Virus genome (UHGV): UHGV-1783823
DNA: 35,256 bases
Strand: one strand, 5' to 3'
From: a virus
Positions 14,749-22,413 of this stretch are shown piece by piece. The position numbers and the translations under genes are program-made. Position 1 is the stretch's first letter. The number at the start of each line of letters is the position of its first letter. The notes beneath the pieces are model-generated. The model made no database searches. It was given only the letters and a program-made list of their open reading frames with translations, and was not told the DNA's origin.

Positions 14749-14781
14749 TTAAAAACCCTCTTAGAAGACTCTTAAGTGATG
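14743..14781. promoter_or_regulatory. Conserved box copy 2 (TTAAAAACCCTCTTAGAAGACTC, 14749-14771) embedded in a 10-bp perfect inverted repeat
   Basis: CATCACTTAA (14743-14752) and TTAAGTGATG (14772-14781) are exact reverse complements; the 19-nt loop carries the box core. Confidence 0.5.
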
Positions 14782-14996
14782 CTGGTGAGTACCCGTTGGT
14801 TTATGCTGCTCAGTATACTCACCAAATTTTCTATGTCAACAACTTTTTATATAAAAGTCCTGATAGCTATATGTGTTACAAAACAGAAGATTGTGAACAA
14901 AACACCCATTGCAAAAGATGTGTCCAAAAGCTTACTTGCAATGTATGACAATACAAAGACAACCAGTATAAACAGAATGACTGTACTGAACATAGT

Positions 14997-16100
14997 TTAC
15001 TCATAATCCCTAATAACTAGCCCTACAGGAAACTGTAAAGAACCCTTACGAGTCATCTTCTGGAACTGAACAGTTAAAGGTTTCCCGATAAACTCTTCAG
15101 GATGTTCAGCAAGATACTGTTTCTTCTCATGTGTAGTTTTCCATGAAACATCTACAAAGACGTTAGGAAGAGTCTCTACAACGAACTTACCATGACCACG
15201 CTTATCGGTCTTTACACCAGTCACTTTAAACTCTTCAGTGTGCATCTTCTTGTGCTTAATCAAGAAGTATGAACGGTGACAACACTCATAGAAGGAGTCT
15301 TCAGAGATTGAACGGTACATTGCACCTTCAAACTTAGCTTCAACCCACTTATCATGAGCTTCATCGAACTCTTCCCAAGAGTTAACACGACGAGACTTAA
15401 CAGGAACAACTTTACAGCCATCTCTAAAGTCATTCAATGGTGAAGTCTCAATAATATCTCTACGCTCAGGCCACGTCTTAGTACTATCACAGATATCATA
15501 CCAGTAGAACTTAAGTAAGTGTCTGTCAGGATTGTCTTCATTTTTAATCATGGAGACAATATCTTCTAAGTCCCACCCATGAGCATAAATCTCTCCATCA
15601 AATTCATCAACATCTTTGTGGAGCCTTAACATTGCCATAATGTCGGGTATTAGTTCAGTAGGGATTTTATAAACAGTATTCTCACGAGAGTATGCTGTGA
15701 ATACACTACCAATGCTTAAGTGTCTTGAAATTCTACAACGGACACCATCAAGTTTTGGTTGAGCATCAGCAGGGAACTTCAAATACTTTGCATGGCTAAC
15801 CTTTGCAGCATCATGAGCAAGCTGTACACCCACCTTCTCAGTATTCTGTGCAGACTCTTTTGTGTAAGCATAACCTTTACGGTCAACTTGCTTTTTATAC
15901 TTAGCAGCAACTTCAAAGAGAGCTTGCTGTTCAGCGTCACGCTCATTCTTTTTACCGATGTTTTTAGGTTCTGCTGTATACTCTTCAAACATCATCTTGC
16001 CATTTTCTTTACCATAGGTTGTAATAACTTTGTCACCTACAGCAACACATGACCAGACGTTGAAGGAACCGTCTTTATTTTGTTTGTACAGAATTGTCAT
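14997..16100 (-). CDS. ATP-dependent DNA ligase
   Basis: Nucleotidyltransferase motif I KLDGVRC (KxDGxR, Arg favours ATP-dependent type), DEFDGEIYAHG (motif III-like), EGAMYRS and FLIKHKK (motifs IV/V-like); start set at internal ATG 16100 preceded by RBS AGAGG rather than ORF-track start 16136. Confidence 0.8.
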   Translation of the reverse strand: MTILYKQNKDGSFNVWSCVAVGDKVITTYGKENGKMMFEEYTAEPKNIGKKNERDAEQQALFEVAAKYKKQVDRKGYAYTKESAQNTEKVGVQLAHDAAKVSHAKYLKFPADAQPKLDGVRCRISRHLSIGSVFTAYSRENTVYKIPTELIPDIMAMLRLHKDVDEFDGEIYAHGWDLEDIVSMIKNEDNPDRHLLKFYWYDICDSTKTWPERRDIIETSPLNDFRDGCKVVPVKSRRVNSWEEFDEAHDKWVEAKFEGAMYRSISEDSFYECCHRSYFLIKHKKMHTEEFKVTGVKTDKRGHGKFVVETLPNVFVDVSWKTTHEKKQYLAEHPEEFIGKPLTVQFQKMTRKGSLQFPVGLVIRDYE

Positions 16101-16293
16101 TTTTAACCTCTGAGTGATACCAAGTATTGCAAGCATTACATGCGTAAAGCTCTAAGTCATTTTTATCTGGTTTATGGAAACAGTTTGACCCACAACGACA
16201 CCGGAATAGCTTACCATCAACACGAAGAATGAACGTTTCAAGCTTACCATCTTCTGTAAGAACTGCGTTCTTAAATTTATCTTCTACAGTCAT
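16075..16293 (-). CDS. Zinc-ribbon protein
   Basis: CRCGSNC ... CNACN cysteine clusters; 72 aa. Confidence 0.5.
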   Translation of the reverse strand: MTVEDKFKNAVLTEDGKLETFILRVDGKLFRCRCGSNCFHKPDKNDLELYACNACNTWYHSEVKNDNSVQTK

Positions 16294-16595
16294 TTTCTCT
16301 TACCACCAATTTCTACGTCGATAACTTGAACATCGCCAGCAACATCAAACTTATGAATGATGCTTTCCACAGTGTAAGTCCAACCCTCAATGCGAACCAA
16401 TTCACCTTCTCGTGGTACGATTGGGTTACGTTGAGCTACCGTTGTAGTGGAGTGAACAACGTCATAACGATAGATATAGTTTACTAGGACTTCCATCGTG
16501 AAAACCTCACTCAATAACCGTAGTATGTGATTGACCATTTTTGCCGTAGCTATAAGATGTTGTTGTTTGAGAGTTTGGACATCTGACAACAACAA
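16290..16595 (-). CDS. Hypothetical protein (start uncertain; possibly internal Met at 16496)
   Basis: ORF overlaps the upstream lipoprotein gene by ~89 nt unless an internal start is used. Confidence 0.4.
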   Translation of the reverse strand: MLLSDVQTLKQQHLIATAKMVNHILRLLSEVFTMEVLVNYIYRYDVVHSTTTVAQRNPIVPREGELVRIEGWTYTVESIIHKFDVAGDVQVIDVEIGGKRK

Positions 16596-16767
16596 TATCC
16601 CTACTTATAGCATCACCATGTAACTTGTATACTCTGCAATCTTGCATCTCTGGTGGGAGACTGTAAGAAGCATTTTTATCTTCATAAGAAGGGTTGCAGC
16701 CAGATAGAAAAATAACACCAAGTGCAATTACTGCTTTCCACATAATACTCACCCTATTACTGTTCAC
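16507..16767 (-). CDS. Putative lipoprotein (signal peptide with lipobox LSGC)
   Basis: MWKAVIALGVIFLSGCNPSY: hydrophobic h-region followed by L-S-G-C lipobox; three further Cys in the mature part. Confidence 0.55.
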   Translation of the reverse strand: MNSNRVSIMWKAVIALGVIFLSGCNPSYEDKNASYSLPPEMQDCRVYKLHGDAISRDIVVVRCPNSQTTTSYSYGKNGQSHTTVIE

Positions 16768-16912
16768 GATGTTCTACTTCTCTGTATGTGCGTCGGTAGT
16801 TTATGATAAGAGGTGCTAATTCATTGCTTTTAACATTTGAACGTAACAGTTGCCAGTCAAAACCTTTAGCGACTCTTCCATATAAATTAAATAACTTTAC
16901 TTTGCGTTTCAT
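16757..16912 (-). CDS. Small basic protein (51 aa), not in supplied ORF track (below length cutoff)
   Basis: ATG at 16912 preceded by GGAGA RBS; translation MKRKVKLFNLYGRVAKGFDWQLLRSNVKSNELAPLIINYRRTYREVEHREQ; fills the gap between flanking - strand genes. Confidence 0.4.
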   Translation of the reverse strand: MKRKVKLFNLYGRVAKGFDWQLLRSNVKSNELAPLIINYRRTYREVEHREQ

Positions 16913-16930
16913 TTTTGGTATCTCCAATAC

Positions 16931-17143
16931 TCAGATGTCAATATTAATACGCTCACCCTTAAGGACTCCTGTACGGTCTCTTGCAATCTTACCGTCAACA
17001 ATAAGAATGTGTGCAGACCTTAAAGAATCATGATTAAAACCTTTTACGAACTTACTAGGCATCACTACAATAAGCATCTCCTGAATTAACTCTGGAGTGT
17101 AGCAATTGTCATGAAGTTGCTGAATAACGTCTGCAAGTGTCAT
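16931..17143 (-). CDS. Hypothetical protein
   Basis: 70 aa ORF co-oriented downstream of DNA polymerase. Confidence 0.45.
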   Translation of the reverse strand: MTLADVIQQLHDNCYTPELIQEMLIVVMPSKFVKGFNHDSLRSAHILIVDGKIARDRTGVLKGERINIDI

Positions 17144-17204
17144 ATAACCTCCTATACAAGATACAGTATAAGGTACTCTTCCATGAGCACCTTGTCAACA
17201 CTAA

Positions 17205-19904
17205 TTAGTGAACCTCAAGCCAGCTTTTACCAACCTTACCAGTACCTGTAACAAGCGTTTCTTTCTTAAGACCTAAGTTCTTAGAAGCTTGTCCATAATA
17301 CCAGTCAGTAACTGCTTTCACTTCTGCCGTCATACTTTCTGGACATTCCCAACTTGTTTCATCGTGATATGCACAGAGTAAACGAGCACCAATAGCTGGT
17401 TGACGACCATTTAACTTCATTAAGCCTTCGTCAATCATACGACGGCAAGCAAGGTTAATTGCCTCATTTTGAATCTGAGCCTCTGAACCCATGAGCAAAT
17501 AATTCAACAGCTTATGCGGAGATTTACACCACAACCAAGCTCCAGCAACCTTTACAAAACCCCCTTTAGAGATTGCAGCAGTCTTACCAAACACCTCTTC
17601 AAGTGCCTTTTTAGTTGCTTTGTAGTCAGCTTCCAAGTCATCTAACAGCTTCTTAATTTTAGGCAAACGTATAAAGTAAGTCTGTTTAGTCAGCGCACCT
17701 TCCTGAGTAGTCGCAGCTTTAATCGTCTTAGCAAACTTCTCATCACCTGCACCGAACAGCAGTGCATAGATACCATTCTTAGCTTTCTTACGACCTTTGC
17801 TAATCTCATGAAGAAGATTCTCATCCTGAGTAGCTCGACAAGTCAAGATGTCCTGCTCATCATTCAAGCTAAAGTAAATACTGTTCAGTGTATGTGCATC
17901 AGTCCCTGAATAGACAACGTACAGGTCATTCTCAGAGTCATAGCGAAGGTACTTATCAATCTCTGGGTTGAGGTACTCATCAAAATGTTTGCAGTAATAG
18001 CGTCCATCTTCTTGACGAATGAACTCAATTTCTTCTTTACCTTGCGTTACCGCTTTGGTGAAGTCTTTATCACCCATAAAGTTACAAAGTAGAACTAGCT
18101 GGGCTGAGTTCATATCTACAGAGACAACGTTAGTACCTTCCTCACAAATCCACACTGCCCTCATTGGTTCCCCATAGACAGCAGCACCAGACGGTACGTT
18201 TACAATACCATATTGTGTCATACGTCCAGTTGAAGTACCAAACACCATTGCACCAGCACTAAGGCGACCATCAGGACGAATCTGGTTCAACCAACCTTTT
18301 TCATCATCCTTTGAGTTCTCAATAGTTCTGCGTCGGTGCATCAAAGTATAGTACTTAGCAATCTTCTGTCCAAGCTCACCTTCAATCGTATCATAAGATG
18401 ATTCAGTAAGTTTTGGTGAAGTACGGATTAAGCAAGGCTCAAGCAAATCTGTGTACTTCTTCACAGACCAGTTATGCTCAATGTACTGTACACCTTCATG
18501 TTCAACATAGCTCAAACCACACCGCTCAACCATTTCCTGCCACTTAGGATGTTTTGTAATCATCTTTTTATTGTCTTTGAAACGACAAACTTTGACAGGG
18601 CGACCGTCTGAGTCTTTCTTGTAGTTCCAGTCATCTGGAATCCAACCAACTGATTTCAAGTAGTCTTTTACAACTGCTACCTGAGTCATACGAGAAACTT
18701 CAAACTCAATTGGTGTATATGGTGCATCAATCAATCCTGTGTAGCGACTTGACTCAAGTTCAAAGTGGTTAACAACGTGGCTGTTATAGTACTTCACAGT
18801 TTTGACTGTTTTTACTGGCTTCCAGTCTTTGCATTTCTTACCAATCTTTGCATTCAACTCATTGCAAATTGCACGAGCATCCTTCATTGCTACAAAGCCT
18901 TCCTTGTACTCTTCACCAGTTACAGAGTTGGTTGGTGTATAGCAATTTCTCTTTTCAATGTTAAAAATCTTTGTAGTTGGCTTACCAAATGGTTTGATTT
19001 CATAAGTCTGCATCTCACCATTACGCACCTGCTGACGATACTTCGTCTTAGGGTACTTGGTAATTCTTTTCAGTCCATCTGCATGACCAAATGCTTCAAC
19101 ATACTCATTCCAAGCTTTTGCAAACTCTTCTCCAGTGACTTTACCTTTGGTCTTAATAGTTGGAGGTAGATGTGGTTCAACCTCTGAAGCAAGCTCATTA
19201 GTCAACTTGTCAAGTTCCTTTACATGGAACTCCATAAGCTCTTTATCAGCTTTCCAACCATTGATAGCTTGTTGACTCATCCAGAAAGATGTTTCTTTAG
19301 CTCGCATATAGGTTTCATAAGTGTCTATACCACACTTCTTAAGCTTCAGGTATTCATTATCCAGTGCACGTTTAGTTTTGGCGTTAATACGGATATCTTC
19401 TACAACACGAGTGAAGATTTCTGCATTCCACACACCCCAATGTTCAATCTCTGGTTTACGGACACCAACACGAGCACCCCATGCAGCCAAGCCATGAGCA
19501 CCTTTATAGCCTTTTGGAGTTGGTCTATCCATCCACTGAACACGAGACTGGATAAGAGAATCCTGAAAGAAATTACTCCACGGTTTACACTTTGGATTAT
19601 CAAAGTTCCACAAATCAGGTGCAATGTGATTGAAAACCCACCAGTCATATCCTAGACCATTGTGGATGCAAAGTCGTTTTGCCTTTAACGCAAACTCAAT
19701 ACCTTCACGTAAGCCGCCCTTAATGTACTTGGTATACTTGTGACCGAGGATAGGCTCATCTGTAAAGACCCATACAGGTGGCTCTTCATCGTCAGATTTA
19801 TAGTCTGCGAAAGCCATTACGTGCACTTTAGTGAACTCAAGGAGTAAACCATCAGTTTCTGTATCACCAACTAAATGTAAGTTTTTAAAATCTACGTTTT
19901 CCAT
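17205..19904 (-). CDS. DNA polymerase, family A (Pol I/T7-like) with 3-prime-5-prime exonuclease domain
   Basis: Exo I motif DTETDGL; motif A VDMNSAQL; motif B RKKAKNGIYALLFGAG; motif C AYHDE; start set at ATG 19904 preceded by RBS GAGGGAG (ORF-track start 19934 has no RBS). Confidence 0.9.
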   Translation of the reverse strand: MENVDFKNLHLVGDTETDGLLLEFTKVHVMAFADYKSDDEEPPVWVFTDEPILGHKYTKYIKGGLREGIEFALKAKRLCIHNGLGYDWWVFNHIAPDLWNFDNPKCKPWSNFFQDSLIQSRVQWMDRPTPKGYKGAHGLAAWGARVGVRKPEIEHWGVWNAEIFTRVVEDIRINAKTKRALDNEYLKLKKCGIDTYETYMRAKETSFWMSQQAINGWKADKELMEFHVKELDKLTNELASEVEPHLPPTIKTKGKVTGEEFAKAWNEYVEAFGHADGLKRITKYPKTKYRQQVRNGEMQTYEIKPFGKPTTKIFNIEKRNCYTPTNSVTGEEYKEGFVAMKDARAICNELNAKIGKKCKDWKPVKTVKTVKYYNSHVVNHFELESSRYTGLIDAPYTPIEFEVSRMTQVAVVKDYLKSVGWIPDDWNYKKDSDGRPVKVCRFKDNKKMITKHPKWQEMVERCGLSYVEHEGVQYIEHNWSVKKYTDLLEPCLIRTSPKLTESSYDTIEGELGQKIAKYYTLMHRRRTIENSKDDEKGWLNQIRPDGRLSAGAMVFGTSTGRMTQYGIVNVPSGAAVYGEPMRAVWICEEGTNVVSVDMNSAQLVLLCNFMGDKDFTKAVTQGKEEIEFIRQEDGRYYCKHFDEYLNPEIDKYLRYDSENDLYVVYSGTDAHTLNSIYFSLNDEQDILTCRATQDENLLHEISKGRKKAKNGIYALLFGAGDEKFAKTIKAATTQEGALTKQTYFIRLPKIKKLLDDLEADYKATKKALEEVFGKTAAISKGGFVKVAGAWLWCKSPHKLLNYLLMGSEAQIQNEAINLACRRMIDEGLMKLNGRQPAIGARLLCAYHDETSWECPESMTAEVKAVTDWYYGQASKNLGLKKETLVTGTGKVGKSWLEVH

Positions 19905-19934
19905 TTTTACTCCCTCTAAAATCATTAACCTCAT

Positions 19935-20161
19935 ACATTACTGCAAAAAATTATAAAAAGCAAGTTGACAATGTACTTGACAAGGTGTTAATCTTTGCGA
20001 AGTGGGTTTTTACTTAAAAGGTTACTTAACAGTTTAACTATACAGATACTTTAAAACTCTTAAAAGATTATTTAATAGCTTTTAAAAAGCTTTAAAGTAT
20101 AACGTATAGAATACGTTAAGATAAAAGATTAAAACTTAATAGTTACTTAAAAGAGGCTTAC
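19935..20161. promoter_or_regulatory. Divergent AT-rich control region between polymerase (-) and rightward operon (+)
   Basis: - strand TATAAT (+ coords 19950-19955); two + strand TTGACA hexamers (19965-19970, 19977-19982); near-palindrome AGCTTTTAAAAAGCT (20077-20091); perfect 8-bp inverted repeat TAACGTAT-AGA-ATACGTTA (20100-20118) overlapping a TAGAAT -10-like hexamer; repeated TTACTTAAAAG. Confidence 0.5.
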
Positions 20162-20584
20162 ATGCAGAAAATGTTTGTTCACCCAGACATAGCTGACTTT
20201 GTTAGAGCTTTGCAGAAGTTGGAAGAACTTGACATTGCTGCTCAACGGGAATATGCTCACCATCACAGGAGAATGATTGATATACAACATGAAATAGAGT
20301 TGTCTGAAAACTATGAAGATGATTTAAAATGCTCTGTATTTGAGCATATGAAAGATGTTGCTACAGCGAGACGTAAAGCTAAAGACACAGTTGCTTTACT
20401 AGATTCTCTTAAAAAGAGATTGCAAAGTGGTACAGGCCTGTGTAATCTAGCGTCACTGATTAATGATGTTGAAACTTCTTGGGATAGACATTACTATCCA
20501 CGTTCTGAAAAGACACTTGACTTTTCTTCATCCGAAAACTTAAAATGTTCTAGAAAGAAACTTAACCAACTGAGAGAGAAATAA
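20162..20584 (+). CDS. Hypothetical protein
   Basis: 140 aa; RBS AAAGAGG upstream; first gene of rightward operon. Confidence 0.55.
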   Translation: MQKMFVHPDIADFVRALQKLEELDIAAQREYAHHHRRMIDIQHEIELSENYEDDLKCSVFEHMKDVATARRKAKDTVALLDSLKKRLQSGTGLCNLASLINDVETSWDRHYYPRSEKTLDFSSSENLKCSRKKLNQLREK

Positions 20585-20585
20585 T

Positions 20586-21398
20586 ATGAATATCGATGTA
20601 GAAAAGATGCTTGAAGAGAAAGGTGTTGATGAAGCATTCTTAATCAATGCCGTAGAAAGCATGGCTATGATTCTTCGTGGTAACAACTACACAGAACAGT
20701 TTATGCCTGCAAGCTATAACTTGCCTAAAGACAAGTCTGATAACGGTGCTTTTGCAGAACAGGTTAATATGATGCTGTGTGACAAAACACTTGCTTTAGC
20801 ATCTATTGTTGTAGGTGTTGATGCTCTTGCAGAGTTCATTTTTTATGAGATGCAGAAAAATGACTATATTGCCATGACCTCTGAAGAAAAAGACTCGCTA
20901 CTGCTCTTAGATAATAATGAGCTAGTTGACCTGTTAATTTCGTCAACGAGTGCTGTTATGGCTGCTCTTGAGAAGCGAATGGAAGAGAAGCTGTCACGAT
21001 ATGAAAAGCTTGATTGGGGTGTAGAGGAATTAAACCCACGAATCAAAGAGATTATCCAGCAAACAAAAGATTCTTTAGAAGAAGCTGTGAAAGATGATTC
21101 TGTAGCTGATGTAGAACCACTTCAGGTGAAAGTTGCATTGATGATTCCAGCCATCTCTACGATGATGAATATAGTTGCACTAATACAGCTTTCACAGATG
21201 ATGGGCACAAGCATTGAGTTCATTGAGAGTATGACTGGTGGTGTGAGTATGCAAGCAATCAATGATGTTCTGGTGAGCATTGGTGCTTCAATCATTGAAG
21301 AGAAGCTGCGCATTAACTTTGGTGATGATTTTGTGAAGCAAATCTCAGCTATGGCTGAAAAAGAGTATTCACAGACTAATACTGACCAACTGCACTAA
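20586..21398 (+). CDS. Hypothetical protein
   Basis: 270 aa ORF 2 nt downstream of previous gene; no motif recognised. Confidence 0.55.
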   Translation: MNIDVEKMLEEKGVDEAFLINAVESMAMILRGNNYTEQFMPASYNLPKDKSDNGAFAEQVNMMLCDKTLALASIVVGVDALAEFIFYEMQKNDYIAMTSEEKDSLLLLDNNELVDLLISSTSAVMAALEKRMEEKLSRYEKLDWGVEELNPRIKEIIQQTKDSLEEAVKDDSVADVEPLQVKVALMIPAISTMMNIVALIQLSQMMGTSIEFIESMTGGVSMQAINDVLVSIGASIIEEKLRINFGDDFVKQISAMAEKEYSQTNTDQLH

Positions 21399-21416
21399 GT
21401 CTTTATAAAAACTTAC

Positions 21417-21441
21417 AAGCCTCCTTAGTTGGGGGCTTTTT
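21417..21441 (+). terminator. Rho-independent terminator-like hairpin
   Basis: AAGCCTCC / GGGGGCTT stem (one G-U pair) with 6-nt loop and T-run. Confidence 0.55.
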
Positions 21442-21460
21442 AGTAATTAAGGGAGATAGA

Positions 21461-22204
21461 ATGAGTAATATTATCGCATTTACTGGAAAGGCACGTTCTG
21501 GAAAAGACACCTCATGTTCTATTGTTAAGAATATTCTAGAAGATGAGTATGGCTACAATGTTGCAGTAATGGCCTATGCAGACAACCTTAAACTCTCTGC
21601 ATCAAGGATATTTGACTTGACTTGGAATGACCTGTACGGTGAAACTAAAGAGACTCCACAGGTTTTTGATTTATCATACTCTGAACTGATGTTCAAGGTC
21701 ACAGAAGCTATGGAGTTTACCTTCAGAGGTGAACGTTATCATACGGACTTCAAACTCATGTCAGAGTTAACCGGACGATTAATTATGGAACTGAAGAAGG
21801 TTGCTAAACCGACTCTATTAACACGTCTGGGATTTAGTAAAAAGTATAAATTTTCATCAAGACAGATTCAACAGATTTGGGGCACTGAAGTTATCCGTAA
21901 AGTTATGGGTGACAAATTCTGGGCTAAAGACCTCGAAAAACGAATGGCAAATTTCTTTGACGTTTGCTCACTTAAGAATCAAGATGGTGTTGTTTTAATC
22001 AGTGACTTAAGGTTTGACTCTGAAGCTGAGTGGTTGAGCAGATTTGCACACCAAATTATTGAAGTAAAAAGAGACAATGTGGATAAGGTTTCGTCACATG
22101 TTTCAGAAAATGGGATTTCTACCAAATATGCGCGTGACATTATTCATAATAATGGTACTCTTGCAGACCTTGAAAGCAAGCTAAGAGCTATCCTGAAAAT
22201 TTAA
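21461..22204 (+). CDS. Deoxynucleoside monophosphate kinase (T4 gp1-like)
   Basis: P-loop FTGKARSGKDT at N-terminus; alignable by eye to my recollection of the T4 gp1 family (N-terminal P-loop, internal QQIWGTEVIRK block, C-terminal NNGTLADLESKL). Confidence 0.7.
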   Translation: MSNIIAFTGKARSGKDTSCSIVKNILEDEYGYNVAVMAYADNLKLSASRIFDLTWNDLYGETKETPQVFDLSYSELMFKVTEAMEFTFRGERYHTDFKLMSELTGRLIMELKKVAKPTLLTRLGFSKKYKFSSRQIQQIWGTEVIRKVMGDKFWAKDLEKRMANFFDVCSLKNQDGVVLISDLRFDSEAEWLSRFAHQIIEVKRDNVDKVSSHVSENGISTKYARDIIHNNGTLADLESKLRAILKI

Positions 22205-22212
22205 AAGAGAGA

Positions 22213-22413
22213 ATGAAGATGAGAGTAAAAGATAATTTTAAAGTTATTGACCATCGTTTAGTGGAACTCTCATCTCTTTCCAATGAGGTAATGATTGAAC
22301 GTCTTAAAAGAGTTGAATCACGAAGGAAAGAGATTGCAGATGAGATTCATGAACTTGACAAGATTGAAAATGGATTGAAGGCAGAACTACAACGAAGAGG
22401 TGCTAATGTCTAA
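22213..22413 (+). CDS. Hypothetical coiled-coil protein
   Basis: 66 aa, charged heptad-like sequence; overlaps primase-helicase start. Confidence 0.45.
   Translation: MKMRVKDNFKVIDHRLVELSSLSNEVMIERLKRVESRRKEIADEIHELDKIENGLKAELQRRGANV

Noticed and set aside
14406-14996. Possible tRNA genes or CRISPR array in the repeat island
   Set aside because: No tRNA-like acceptor or T-arm signatures were seen by eye. The repeats are 5-bp units in strict tandem without spacers, which is incompatible with CRISPR architecture, and no cas genes are present.
14776-15006. 76-aa + strand ORF inside the non-coding island, hydrophobic N-terminus
   Set aside because: Starts at a GTG buried in the right arm of the 10-bp inverted repeat, has no convincing Shine-Dalgarno, and is antisense to the surrounding operon. 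More likely a chance frame in AT-rich DNA, though a small membrane protein cannot be excluded.
16803-17033. 76-aa + strand ORF overlapping - strand small genes
   Set aside because: Opposite to the operon orientation, overlaps two better-supported - strand ORFs, no RBS.
16136-19934. ORF-track starts for DNA polymerase (19934) and DNA ligase (16136)
   Set aside because: Neither ATG has a Shine-Dalgarno sequence, whereas in-frame ATGs at 19904 and 16100 are preceded by GAGGGAG and AGAGG. The downstream starts were used instead.
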